Positions 12,517-25,972 of a DNA stretch of 47,041 nt are shown here, piece after piece (within the stretch, counting starts at the first letter, position 1; every line of letters begins with the position of its first letter). The DNA lies in assembly GCA_038496445.1 (NCBI GenBank), contig JALMLS010000546.1, forward strand, positions 1 through 47,041, given 5' to 3'. The stretch is from Trichosphaerium sp. ATCC 40318. Taxonomy: Eukaryota > Protista > Tubulinea. Made by a program: the position numbers and the translations under genes. Under the pieces are notes generated by a model. The model worked only from the letters and a program-made list of their open reading frames with translations, was not told where the DNA came from and searched no databases.

Positions 12517-13633
12517 GGTTCGCTATACCCAATATTAACGCTTTAATATGCTTTGTGGAAATGAATAGAGCCTTCCCAAGCATTTTAAGAGCGTCTTCTG
12601 TGGCTACATTGGTGAGGTACGCAATCAAGTTCTTATAGTTTCTACCGCGAGTGTCGTCGCCTATTATGTCGAATTACGTTAGTTTAAGCGATTATTAAAA
12701 AATAAAAAAACGGCTTTTGATTGAAAAAAAGTTTCTTGTTTGGATACGCTTTTGGCGGCGTTATTACCTTCTTTTCTTCGTCTCTTACGTCTTCTAGACA
12801 TTCTCAAGTGCTTTTTGTCGCTTGAGGTGTTGTTGCAGTAGTTCGACAGATGAAATGATTTCAACTTAACGCCAATGCAACTTAACATGAAAAAGTTTTG
12901 CTTTTTAAATCAGCGAAGCTAGTTGAATTATTTATTAACTACAGAGTGCAAGGAAGTGCAATAAGTAGAGCGCAAATAAGATGGCAAAACATTGCCAATA
13001 CAGGTAGTTTGTTGAGTGCTTGGGTTTCAATCAACAACAATTCCGTACCAATCCTAAAAATAGGCTCACTCACACTCACAAACTTTGGGACGTGTATTCC
13101 TGTGTTGGATGTTTTGAGAAACCAAGTTAATTGCTAACACCAACCAACAACAGTGCCTCAATGCTATAATAGCCTGTGATAACTTATGCACTATAGATGA
13201 CACCTTGTGTTACTACGAATAATGCACACGTTTTAGTTTAACTCAACACTTTTATAGCAGACACAATGAGCTCTTCTTTAAGCGACAATATTACGGTAAT
13301 GAATAGTCCATATTGCAGGGAACGCGAACGGAAGGTACAGTTAACATTAGCCGAGTGTGCTACTAGCAAAACAAATCTCACTAAAATTACAGCGTGACGA
13401 TGGAACGCACAAAAAGAAATGAAAAGAGGTTAAAAACATGTTTCGAAGCAACATACACCTTGAATAAAAGGTAAACGTTTGTTTAATGACCTTATTCCTG
13501 CACTACCCTTCTTACTTCCATTGACATCTTCTTAATCTACCTTTACCACTTCTTGCACGTGTTTGATGTTCTGAAAATTAAAGTAAAGAAAATACAGATT
13601 TATTATGGAGATAAGTGTATCATAGTATGTGAA

Positions 13634-15094
13634 TCAAGCACTATTGTGTTTATTAAGGACAAGTAATAAGTCTTCCATCTCCTTCAACTCAGCATCATTC
13701 CTAGAAGCATTGTAAGTGAAACCTCAAACAGTTTAGTATGCGAGTTCAACAAAACCGCGACAGGCAAGTGATGTAAGCCTCCAGCACTTGTACCACAGTC
13801 ACAAAAACACACCAAGTGCTAATTGATTAACACTAGGATGTAATTGTGGTTGATAAACGTGAAGGAAACAAAACATCACAAGAACCTACCTGCGGTTTTT
13901 TGGATTCAAAGAAGTACTTGTCAGTGACAAGTGTATGAGCAGAATTTTTTTGAAATGTTGTTGGTACCTGAGCGTATAAAGCCAGTATGTTGTGGCAGCA
14001 TCTTTTGTGTTTATCAATTGTCCATTAGAGAAAATCTCATTAAAAATAAAACGAAGAAAGTTGATTTTATAAGGAGACTCAAAACCAAACTCTCCAAGAG
14101 ACTTTAACATGCGTGTTATCCGTAAAAAGTTATGATTCCATTTAATGTTTAGCTCTCTATATCTTGAACTCCAGTTAGAGGGATTCCTCTCAATCTCACC
14201 AACAGTAGTTCCCTAGTTTTTTAGTGTTAGTTGTCTACTACAAAAAAAGAAGTATTTTAGCGTACAGCCTTAAACCGCATTCCAAAAAAATCAAGCATCA
14301 TTTGATATGACTTAAGTAACCTTTAGGTATAATAAATAAATATCAGTTGACGAAAAAAAAATGTAGTAACAATGTACCAACATATTTATGAGAAGTTGTT
14401 TTGGTTTTTGTTAAGTACCTATTTTTAGCTTCAGGATCAGCTTTGATTGCCTCAATTTCGTGTAATTGAAGTATATTTACGTGTTTATTACCCCCTAGTA
14501 TTTTTGTTACCGTTTACTGCTATTGAGAAGTAACACGTGATGAGAAAAAAAAGACTCAAAATAAAACACATTTCCAAATAGTAAAAACGAAAAACAAACC
14601 TTTTTCTCGCAACGGAAACAACCATTGTATGTATGAGTGGTGTTTCTCCAACAACTCATAGTTACCAAACCATTTAGTATGCATTACATCCACAGTTTCA
14701 CCCTTGATGGAGAGTAATTAACTCAAAAAAAGACGATTTGGCTTTTTTGGTTTTTCTTTCGACTTTAAATAGCGTACGTCTGGATGAGATTTTATCAATC
14801 CCTTATAGAACATTAAATTCGACGCTAGACCTAAGTTCGAGTTAAATAACAGCTTTTGCGAAAGTATTCGCTGAATGCGTTGTTGTAAAAGATCGTTTGT
14901 GCGTTGTTAGATTATACTAGAGCTCACTTTTGTCGTTATAGTCCTCTCCCGGGTAATTAGCTCTATATCGTGCCATATCTCTCTGTGCGCTATGTCCGTG
15001 CGTCAATAATCGTTTACAGAGAATTACAATACCGTTCTTTGTCTAGGTTCTGTGGAGGCTCCCAAGTTTGCCCTCCGGTGTCGTTTAATGACAT
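13634..15094 (-). CDS. Opioid growth factor receptor conserved-region (OGFr_N) protein
   Basis: Hallmark motifs HSYIQWCFPLRE, MLDFFG, NHNFLRITRMLKSLGEFG across GT-AG exons; stop after ...LNKHNSA. Confidence 0.85.
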
Positions 15095-15248
15095 TTGAAG
15101 CGCTAACGCCATTTGAGCGTCATAGTCCATGGCGTAACCGCGTTATAAGAATTTTACTGAAAAGTTGATATTGACAGACTTTCAGCAAAAAAAACGGCCA
15201 ATAAGAAATATCGCAGAAACTCTTTGATCTGACTTTCACAATTATAAA
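15095..15248. promoter_or_regulatory. Compact bidirectional promoter between the OGFr-like gene and ArgRS
   Basis: Divergent ATGs only 154 nt apart; CCAAT at ~15198. Confidence 0.5.
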
Positions 15249-18200
15249 ATGGCAGAACAAAAAGCACCTACCATGGATAAAACATCTACTGTCGTTTATT
15301 TTTTAAACGTAATTGCTGAGAAGCTGAGCGCTATCGAAGATCCAAAGCTCACAAAGGAGCAAGTACTCTTGGTTATTGAGCTCGCTAAACGACAAAAAGA
15401 CTGCGATTTTATCGTAACTATGCCTAAAGTCCGACGATTTAAGCTTAAACCGGACGAAGTAGCTATCAAATGGGAGAAAGCGGTACGCATTACGCTACAA
15501 AATGTGTTTAAACATTCCTGGCGTTATTTTGAATTTTAATCTGTTTCAATGGCGTAAAGTAATAAATATGGTCGAAAACAGCGTTTTGTTATAATTTTAG
15601 AGGACACAAAGTAATTTCTTATTTTAATTTCTGCTTTAGTTCGTACCAGACGAGTTGGTGACAAAATGCTGGATCTCAAGCATCAAAGAAAAGAAAAATA
15701 CTCTTCAATATCTTTGTTTCACTGTACGTTCTCTAAAATTCTATTCTACGCTGTAATATTTATTCCTAACGCCTATCAAGGTAAACCAAACAGTTTTGAT
15801 TGAGCGAACTTTAAAACAAGTTTTCGCCATGAAAGACACATACGGTGGCTCCGACCTACTTTCAGGAAAGAAATACATTGTAGAATACAGGTACGCATAG
15901 TTATAACGTGTATAAAGCCGAACAAACGAATCAATTTGACAATGAAAAAACAAACCTCCTCGCTCCTTCCCTTGGCAGTAGAAACGCTTTATGGCACTAA
16001 ATAATGACACCAACAAACTTACTCATTGTTAGTTCTCCAAATATCGCCAAGCCGTTCCACGCTGGTCACTTGCGATCAACGATTATTGGTAACTTTCTCG
16101 CCAAACTATTTTCTACTCTTGGTGCTGATGTAACATCAATCAATTACCTCGGAGATTGGGGTAAACAATATGGTACGTACCTCGCGCATATTAATTGCTC
16201 CTCAGCAACGGAGTGATACTCGAAAAAGGACATTTCAACTTGTGTAGTCATGTGTTCACTACGCAGGCAGCCATTCTGTTTAAAAGTATTTATACATCAT
16301 TATACTCATTACGTTGTACTGTAGGTCTTCTTGCATTGGCTTGGAAGCAATATGGCGATGAAGAGAAGCTAAATGCTGATCCAATCATGCACTTGTTCGA
16401 TTTATACGTCCAAATCAACAAGGAAGCAAAGGAAGATGAAGAATCTCGCAAAAAAGCAATGAATGAGAAAATGGAAGCTGATAAAGAATACGCTGGTAAG
16501 TATGAGATTAACTCGGCGAGTGGCTACGGTTTGGAGACAATCAACGATGTTTTTTGTGTTTTTTTTTCAACGCTGTTTTCAAGCAACTAGCTTTGCTGTA
16601 TGGACTATAATGTTGATGTATATGTAGAAAAATTGAACGAATTGGCTAATGCTCAACCTCAAATGGAGTATGCTAAGAACGATAAGCAACGTGCTCAGAT
16701 TTTGTATACTACATACTGTGATCTTGAAAAGATTGAAACTGTACACGATAAGGCCCGAAAATACTTTAAAGGAATGGAAGATGGTACGTCAAAGTCAAAA
16801 AAATTAAAAAGGGTTCCAAGCATTTTCTCTTGATCCTCACTTACACGTCTACGCGCGTAGTGGTCAGAGAATTATTGATTTAGTTTTTGTTATTCAATTT
16901 TTTTTTGTTAAGTGAGTGGTCGCATTGTTAATGTTTGATTAGGTGAGGAAGAACCATTGAAACTATGGTCTATGTTCCGAAATATGTCAATCAAGGAATA
17001 CAAAAAAATTTACGAACGACTTGGTGTATCTTTTGATGTGTACGCTGGAGAGTCAGAAGTATCTGAAGGAATGAAAGTAGAGTTCAAGAAGATGGTTGAG
17101 AAAGGACTTCTTACTGATGATCGAGGTGCTAAGCTCATTGATCTTAAGGTACTTTTTTTTTCCCAGATTTTTATTTTTGAAGAATTGTTTGCTTATATTC
17201 CTCTTTAGAAGTACAAGCTTGGAAAGGTTATTGTACAAAAGAGTGATGGTGCTACTTTGTATATTACTCGAGATATCGCTACTGCCGTTTCTCGATACAA
17301 CGAGTACGTAAACAAAACCGCTTTGATGAACTTTATGTTAATTTTTAATTGGGTTTTTTTCTTCTTTAATTTTTTTTTTGTGACAAGGTGTCAAATTACT
17401 TTTGCCTGAAAAAATATAAAACTTGCTTTAAACAGAGCACACATATTATTATTTTTATGAGCGTAAAAATTACTTGTGTGTATAAGGAAGCAAGTGAATA
17501 TTCACACCTTTTTTTGTTTCACTAAGTTCAAACGAGTTTTTAAACAAATTTATCGTTACGCGTATCCAAAGATCTTTTTTTATTATTAATTATCTTATCT
17601 GTATTTGTATGATATATAACTAACGTGATTCATTATTCAGGTACAATTTTGATCGCATGTTCTACGTTGTTGCTGCCCCACAAGATTTGCACTTTAAGCA
17701 ATTATTCAAGACACTTGAACTTATGGGTTACGACTGGGCCAAAAGATGCAAACATGTAAACTTTGGTATGGTATTGGGCATGTCTACCCGGTAAGTAATA
17801 CTATCACATGTAAGAGGAGTATCTAAGTGTTCAAATTAGAAACGGAAATGTCGTGTTTTTGTCTGATATTATTGAAATGACAAAAAAAGCAATGATGGAA
17901 CGAATGTCGGATGATAAGATGGGTAAATTGAAGGAGGTCGAAAACCAAGATGAGACTTCTGATAATATTGCTCTCAGTGCTATATTTGTTCAAGACTTTA
18001 GTGCTAAGCGAATCAAGGACTACAAGGTATTCATTAAAACAAAAAAACTGAACGAAAAAAATAGATTCAAAGAAAACAACTTTTTACTTGATTTGAGAGA
18101 TAGTAACAACAAAAAACTATCAGTAGATACTATGAATGAGTTTACCATAGTATGCTTACAGGTTGTGGTATAGCCAAAACTACTCCCAAGGCCACCCGAC

Positions 18201-19254
18201 CTGAACTTTCAATTCTTGTTTTTTTTTTAATATTGTTGTTCACCTTTCTTGTACTCTACTTGCTTACGTATTTGTAATAGTTTGACAAAAAGCGAATGAC
18301 TGATTACCTCGGACACACTGGACCTTTCTTGCAGTACACTAATGCCCGATTAAGTTCAATGAAGGTACAAACAAAACCAAAACTTTCAAAAAAAAACCTT
18401 CCATTTCTCCTTCAAAAAAAAAAAGACTTTGACGTGAGGTGTTCAAATCATTCGGTTTTTTTTTTCACCCACCCCTTGAATGCACTGCTTCTTAAGCGAA
18501 GTATAACATAAGATTATTCTGTGGATAGAACTGTAACCCTTGAGTTCGCTTTTTTTTTCTTTCATCTCTTGTTTCTACAAACTTGACAAAGCTTTGGTTT
18601 TTTGAAGTCAAGTGTACTTACTATGTAGTCTTCACTAAGTAATCTAAGTTAACATGAACTTATTTTATTATTTAGGATAAAAATAACGTTGAAGCAACTG
18701 ATGATATCGATTACACTATTCTTAAAGAGCCTGTTGCATTTAACCTTGCTAAGAAGATTGCTGAATACCCAGACGTTTTATTGTTGTGCTCAAGTGATAA
18801 AAACTTGGAACCAAGCACACTTGTTACGTATTTGTTTGACTTGGCCCATTGCATTTCACGTGCGTTGCTCATCTACCTTAACAAAAAATTTACCAAAAAA
18901 AATTCCAAAAAACCAAAAAAAACTTTTTGACTTTGTATCTTGTTGTATCATTTGTTCATTTTGAAACCACTTGTTTTATTGAACCTGAAAGTACTTGATA
19001 CAAGTTGACAATTTTAATTACAAAAGTTCCCCATTTAACTAGTTGCTGAAGCAGTATTTTTTGTTTCTTCCAATTATTTTTTTTGTTCATTAGTTCTGTT
19101 CTTAAAATTTTCTTTAGTTGCCCACCAGCACCTCTACGTTAAAGGAACAGAAGAACCTGTAGCCAAAGCACGAACATTATTGTACTGGTCTGCTCTTACT
19201 ACCCTTCAAAATGCCATGAAGATCCTTGGTATGTCACCTGTGAACCGAATGTAA
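15249..19254 (+). CDS. RARS: Arginyl-tRNA synthetase (yeast/RARS2-like type)
   Basis: [23 protein letters not shown] (HIGH motif), [47 protein letters not shown]-terminus LGMSPVNRM*. Confidence 0.97.
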
Positions 19255-19678
19255 AAAAAAAACCCCAAAAAAAAAACTAAGAAGGCAATAATGGATCTTC
19301 TCTCAAAATAAAATAAAGGTTTTCAGTCGAATAAGGTGTATACACTATTGAACTATTTTATTGTAAGTGATTATAACAGGCATAGCATTAAACGCAATTT
19401 CAGGTCGACATACTATCTGTTACAAGAGCAGAACTTAAACTAAGACTTATTGATTTCTTTAACCGAAGTAACTGTTCACGAACTGGAAACTTACAATTAA
19501 AAGTAAATTGCGATTGAACTTTAGAACGGGAAAAAGAAATGGTATGATGCTCCACCCAATTTTGATAGGACCTGATGCTACCACAATATTGTATATGATC
19601 GTATAGTATTAAGCTATTGCTGTAAATACAACTTAAAATCCATCTAACAAGGCAAGAAATATTTCATGCCGTTCCTTA

Positions 19679-20829
19679 TTATCGGTACCATTTTTCACCA
19701 TGTTTTTTACCATCAACCCACATGCACTGGTACTTTAGTTGTCCATTATCATACCATCCCTTACTTTCACCATGCTTTCTATCATCAACAAACATGCTCT
19801 GGTACTTTAGTTGTCCATTATCATACCATCCCTTACTTTCGCCATGCTGTTTATCCTGAACCCACACACTGTGGTACTCAAGCTGACCATTATTGTACCA
19901 TCCCTTACGTTCACCATGGGTTTTACCATCAACCCACATGTAATAGCTCTCTAGTTGTCCATTTTCATGCCATGATTTATTTTCACCATGTTGTGTACCA
20001 TTAGCCACATCCATTGGTACTGTAGTTGTCCATTAAAATACCATCTTTTCTTTTCACCATGCTTTTTACCATCAACCCATATGCTGTGGTACTCTGTTTG
20101 TCCATTCGAATACCATCCCATAGACTTACCACACTGTCTACCATTAACCCACATGTGCTGGTAGTTTAGTTGCCCATTTTCATACCATCCTTTACTTTCA
20201 CTATGCTTTTTATCATCAACCCACACATTGTGGTACTCAAGCTGACCATTATCGTACCATCCCTTACTTTCACCATGCTTTTTACCATCAACCAAAAAGC
20301 TATGGTCGCTAAGTTGTCCATTATCATGCCATCTCTTACTTTCACCATGCTGTTTACCATCGACCCACATGCGCTGGTACTCTAGTTGCCCATTCGCATA
20401 CCATCCCTTACTTTCACCACGTTTTTTACCATCAACCCGCATGTACTGGTACTTTAGTTGCCCATTTTTATACCATTCTTTACTTTCACCATGTTGTGTA
20501 CCATGAACCCAAAAGCTACTGTCCTTAGGTTGTCCATTATCGTACCATCCCTTACTTTCACCATGCAGTTTACCATCAACTGATACATATTGTTTCTCAA
20601 GTTGTCCACTCTCATACCATTGTTTACATGTACCGCTCGTAAAATATTTATGAAGCCTTACCTTACCACTTTTATACCATTGTATCCATACTCCTTTCTT
20701 TTGTAATGCTTCGTCAAAATGTGTATTAGTCGCAGCTCTCTTTGATAGACTGTGGAATTTTGTGAATATTTCTTTGTTGAAAGTACAAATGTGAGTTTGA
20801 AGTTCACATGGAATATCCAGTAAACTCAA
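19679..20829 (-). CDS. F-box-like + MORN-variant repeat protein with one frameshift near 20005 (assembly error or pseudogene)
   Basis: N-terminal LLDIPCELQTHICTF; many 24-aa/72-nt repeats WYxNGQLxYxxxWVDGKKHGESKG; ORFs 19951-20829 and 19679-20014 join if one G is added in tgg(g)ct; probable small 5' exon near 20936-20973. Confidence 0.85.
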
Positions 20830-21696
20830 GGAACCCGAATTACTTTGTATTTTTTTATGCTTCGCAATAGACTGTAAAAAAACCTAATGTCAGCTAAAAC
20901 ACAAGGAGAATAAAAGAAGCTTTTGGCAATCTTACGGGCAAAAAAAAAAAAGTTGTCTTTCGGGTGGCACCATTTTCTCCGTTTTTCTTTAAAAATATGT
21001 AAACGTGTTTGTATTGGTTATGGTGTAATATAAGGCTATAAACAAGTGCGTTTAGAACCTGTACAATGAGGATATAAATAATTTACGAGTTTGCAGCGAA
21101 ATACTGACGGTTTACACGTGACTCACAAAAAATTTATAACCTCGCAAAGTGCTTGTTGCGCAGGAAAAGAAGTGAATATCGCTCTACAAAAGAGCCATGT
21201 TCGCTACAGCGCTCATCGTTTACACAAAATACGAGTAGTTTGATTCAATAAGCTTAAAAACGAGTTCGTAATAAAAGAAGTGAAGAGCAGGCTCTGTTTT
21301 CATTTTAATTCCTAATCACGTTAAAATATAACTGTACGTACCATAAGAATACTACTTATCCACTTATAAGTTTAAGCCTATCTACTGTCTGTTAAATAGT
21401 TCTTTACAGCCTGGAAATGAAAGTCCAGTCAGTTCTTTTCCCGGGACTGAAGAAATAAAAACACAAACAGCCAGAAAAATTCAAAAACCTGAAAGAAACA
21501 AATCATCCAACCGGTGCGAAGTTTGTTCTATGTTAAAGTGTTCTTAAATTATAAAGCTTACATACAGACCTGTTTAGAGCGATTAGCGCACAAATAGAAG
21601 AAAAAGACTTTTTTTTTTTCTCCCTGGAGTCACGTGCTTCTAGAAGGTTCTACCAGAAATAGCTTAAAATTTTTTGTTACTGACTTTATAACTTAG

Positions 21697-22557
21697 ATGG
21701 CAACAACACCAGCGTTTTCCTCTGTTCCTGTACAACATACACAAGTATATAATCATATGTGACTTTGATTTTGTAACCTAGGCCAATATTCCGCAATTTA
21801 AGGTTATTCTTTGTGGCTTTGGAGGTACAGGAAAGACTACTCTTGCGAACAAGCTTCCTGGATGTGATTTTGAAAGAAGATATCATCCTACAATAGATGT
21901 TGAAGTACACCCTTTGGCTTGGTATACTTCACGCGGATTAGTTGTCTTCAATGTATGGGATGCAGTGAGGACACATAGTCAATACAGGGATATATTCTTG
22001 TACGTTCATAGTCTTCTTGTGAGACTAGTGTAATAATTTTCTTGTTTAGTTTTGATGCAGCTGCTGCTCTTATTATGTTTGATGTAACTTCAAGATTAAC
22101 ATACAAGCATGTATATAATTGTTATATGGATATAACAAGAGCTTGTGGTAAGATACCAATAGTCATGACGGGAAACAAAGTTGATGTCAAAGAAAGACAA
22201 GTATGTTTTAGTTTCAGGGGTTTTTTACAATAGTATTTTGAGCTGTCCTTTAGGTTAAACCACATCATATAACTTTCCACAAAAGCAAAGACGTACAGTA
22301 TTACCCAATATCAGTAAAAGCAAACTACAATATTGAGAAACCGTTCATACACATACTTCAACAATTGTCTGGGTAAAAAAACTTTTTGATTTATTTGAAG
22401 CTTCTTGTCTAACTCGTGATGTAGAGATCATAACATTGAATTAGTTACAGGCATGGCAATCAGCCCTCCTGATATTATTTTAACAGAAGAACAAATAAAT
22501 AAGTTTGACATTGAGCATGGACGTGGTTCTAAAGCATTTCCAGAAGAGGACGCCTGA
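21697..22557 (+). CDS. Divergent Ran-family small GTPase paralog with degenerate G3
   Basis: Spliced product: [77 protein letters not shown]; 4 GT-AG introns; open to TGA at 22557. Confidence 0.9.
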
Positions 22558-22777
22558 TCTCGATTTATATAGCATACTTTTTTATATCCATGTTATCAAT
22601 CATAGCTGTAGACAAGAAATAAAACATTGAAATCATTTCAGAATTTTTACATAGTGGGCTATTACTCAGTTCTAATTACATTTCAAAGTATTTGCTGACT
22701 TGCCAGAAGTAACTTGATGTTCGCCTAATACTAAAAGCTACATGTATTTGAGCCAAATCCTTTTGTACGTTTTTTCT

Positions 22778-24739
22778 CTAAGGACTTGACTGTGACAAAC
22801 GTCTTATACAACGTTCTCTACCAACAAATGCTGGAGGTGGAGGTGGATTGAAATGAAATGAAGCTAACCCACCACTTGTTGGTGCATTGATAACAAGAGT
22901 AGTTACAACATCAGTATTGATATCAATAGACAGATAGCTTCCATCTCGACAAGCAGCAATTAACGTGTTTGCTGATATTGCTGTCAAACCTAAGCCACCA
23001 AATAAGTATGTAATCAACAAAGCCTAGACAGCGCAACACAAAAGCCATTTGTGAGGTCTTACCATCGATGACACAACTCCCTCCAGTATTAATTATGCGT
23101 TGAGTTTCACAAGATCCAGATAGAAAATTAGGCCTTACTTGAAGAACAACAACGCCAACGTATAGAACACCATCAACGATTTCTCCTAATATAGTATTAG
23201 TAGATACCTACTATTATTTTAATTAAAGCACATGCCACTGAAACCAGAGTTTGCTGCATCATCGCAAGCAACACTAAATTTACAGGTTTCCAAATCAACT
23301 TCATAAACAAGATTTCCGAAACCTTCTCCAAATATTCTTCCACTCTCTTTATCTACCATCAACCCTGCAACGCTAGTACCAATGATACATATTTTTTCCT
23401 AACAAAGAAGGTGTAAGGCAATAACTGAATTTGTGATTCGACATACAATTTGGCACGTGTAAGGATCAATTGAGTACAATACTTGGTCTCTATTGATGTA
23501 CAAGACTCTATCAAGTACAGCACTATAAGCCAACGCAAAAGGTACAGTTTCTAATTCAGGAATATCACATGCTATCAATATTATTAGCTGGATGACATAA
23601 TCGAAATGTATCTCACGCACATCCTAAAATTGTATTTGTGTCTGAAATTAAACGATAATCAAATCCCGGCATTGAAGCCCCTTTGGCTGTAATTAAAGTA
23701 TCAATCACCCCACCTTGAGGCGCTGTTGTTGGAGGAGGTGATGGCATTATAGGTGCGACTGGAGGCATTGTTGTATCATCTGGAGGTGATGATGGATCAA
23801 AAAATAGAGAGGTAATGCCACCACCTCGCAATGGTAATGACGTTGTTAACTGAGTTATCGTTGATGTAGGAATATCCAAAGTAAAGTATTCATTAGAAGA
23901 AAAAGAGTATCCAATGATTTGGGTATCTGAGAGTGCAGTAATATCTATGTACCATATGTTTCAAAACAATATTCACAGCAAAAAAGATGGTACCTCCATT
24001 AATGTTTGGTACAGGATAGGTAACTATTTGAGTAATAGTGCAAGCTGTTGGACCTGTTAAAGGCGCCATGGCAATTCCAGTTGGCCCATTAACATATAAC
24101 ATATCTCCAATAATCTCAACTGTGAACAATGAATTAACAACGATGAAAAGAGAGCCATAAACAAGACGCACTTCCAGTGGACAATCCTCCAACATTTGTA
24201 AAGTCCACTTCACAGAAGTGACAAAAGGAGCAATCTGTTGGATCAACTAGCGCCACAAAACCTAGCTGTGACATAGCATATAACAATCCTGTAGCTTTAT
24301 CAACTGCAATATACAGCAAGTCAGGGCTCAGCGCACAAGAACTCTAAAATTGTCAAAAACAATTACAAAGTACAACAAGGGGTGCACCATACCTTGACAA
24401 CACATGTGTGAGGATCTACCTGATAGAGTCTATTATTTGTTTTTATAAATAGAGTATGTGTTGATGGCAAATAAGACATTGAAAACGGCCTTATATCGTC
24501 AAAGGGTGCCGTGCCACATACTAAACAAAGAGCTTAGTATTAAACATTTTGAGATCAGCAGCGTTAAAATACAGGAAAAGGGGTATACTTTGTAGAAGGG
24601 ATGAAGCTACTATTGATCGTATTTGAAACCCCATGCTTAGCTCGTTGTTAACTACAATCGCGTTATTATCTTGCGAAAGTGTATGTGCGAATAAAGATGC
24701 CAGAACGATGAATAAGAAAGGTGTTGCGCTCATTGTCAT
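22778..24739 (-). CDS. Secreted double beta-propeller-like protein (paralog B of 757-2688)
   Basis: Signal peptide MTMSATPFLFIVLASLFAHTLS; colinear exon layout, same linker (PPDDTTMPPVAPIMPSPPPTTAPQ) and C-terminus (AFVGRERCIRRLS) as paralog A. Confidence 0.8.
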
Positions 24740-24949
24740 CGGGTTGTTTACTAAAACTACCGTTTCTGTTAACTTTCCAAATCTCTAAACGTCACGTGAT
24801 TTTTTGAGAACCCCTAACCTTCACTGTTGTGAATACCCATACACTAATGCGCTATACCAGATTATGGAAATATTCTACTAGGTCAATTCTATTCAAAAAC
24901 TCGATAGCAATTAGGTGTTTATGTAAATATTTATTTATTTCGAAGCCAA

Positions 24950-25140
24950 TGTACTAAATCACTTTTGACTATCGTCAACAATACATGCTTGATGATCTTT
25001 GGTAGAATTACATGTTAGATTAGATTGTCTATTTCAGTCTATTTTGTACTTCTTTTTAGGAACTGACTTGAAAACTAATCCACCACTTGTTGGTGCATCA
25101 ATAATGCCGGTGATTACAACATCAGGATTGATATCAATAG
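24950..25140 (-). pseudogene. Relic of a third copy of the secreted propeller gene (3' end only)
   Basis: 25080-25140 caccacttgttggtgcatcaataatgccggtgattacaacatcaggattgatatcaatag aligns to 22870-22930; flanking sequence resembles the paralog B 3' region. Confidence 0.75.
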
Positions 25141-25329
25141 TGTAGTGGTGGTAAAGTTGGCTCAATATACAGAAAGGTAGTTTCAATTTTATGTTTGTTC
25201 TAAACTTAAGCATGAGATCGTATTTTTTGTGTTAAGTCTAACCGCTGTACTTGATTTACAACACAACTATTGTCTGTCGCAAGCAAGTTTGTGGAGAAAA
25301 CCAAGACTGCACGCCTGCTACCTATTTGT

Positions 25330-25610
25330 GCCTTAATCATCGTCGCCTTGTTACAATGGTTAAGCTCAACACGTGAAATATAAAGCAAAACTAGGTAAAA
25401 AGTGCGATTGTTGCAAATGGCTTGCGGAAAGGATAATTACTGGACTTTACCTTTTGGTGCTTAAGAAGGTTATATACCTTGACCAATGATGTGGTAATGC
25501 CGTAGATATAGATTTTAGCGCGTGTTGTGGTTGGATATGTAATGGAACAGGTATGACCTAGTGTTACTGCTGAAATAAAAGTCTGTCTACTGGTTTTGAA
25601 GTGCAACAGT
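25330..25610 (+). pseudogene. Possible decayed protein-kinase fragment
   Basis: Broken peptides LLQWL..., LLQMA / IITGLYLLVLKKVIYLDQ*CGN..IDF resemble kinase subdomains VIa-VII. Confidence 0.3.
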
Positions 25611-25972
25611 CAGTCGTATAAGTCACACGTGATATTGCGTAGGTTGACACAGATGCAACGTATTCTATTGTTCTATTCAGGTATGCAAAAAGTTGAATTC
25701 ACCTTGCTTCTGAGTGCTCAACGATAGCAACTCATGTTTCAGATGAAGACAACGTAAATCTCGATGCCATGTACAAAATCAGAAATCTCAAGACGATTGA
25801 TACTTTATTGCTCAGATGTACCCTAAAGACAGCTTGTTGTTCAAACATAAGGGATCCCGGTATTTAGTAGTAAAATTGCCACATATTTTAAGCATACTTT
25901 ATAAGACTTTAAATGGGCTGGTACCCTTAAACTTGGCGTATACAGACCCTAATTTTACATTTTCATATCTCT

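Noticed and set aside
12690-12750. Minus-strand GTATCC as a second U12 donor
   Set aside because: Continues GTATCCAA, has no TCCTTRAC branch site, and lies upstream of the inferred kinase start.
13267-13410. Possible two-exon mini-gene MSSSLSDNITVMNSPYCRERERK...
   Set aside because: About 30 aa with no recognisable motif; cannot be supported.
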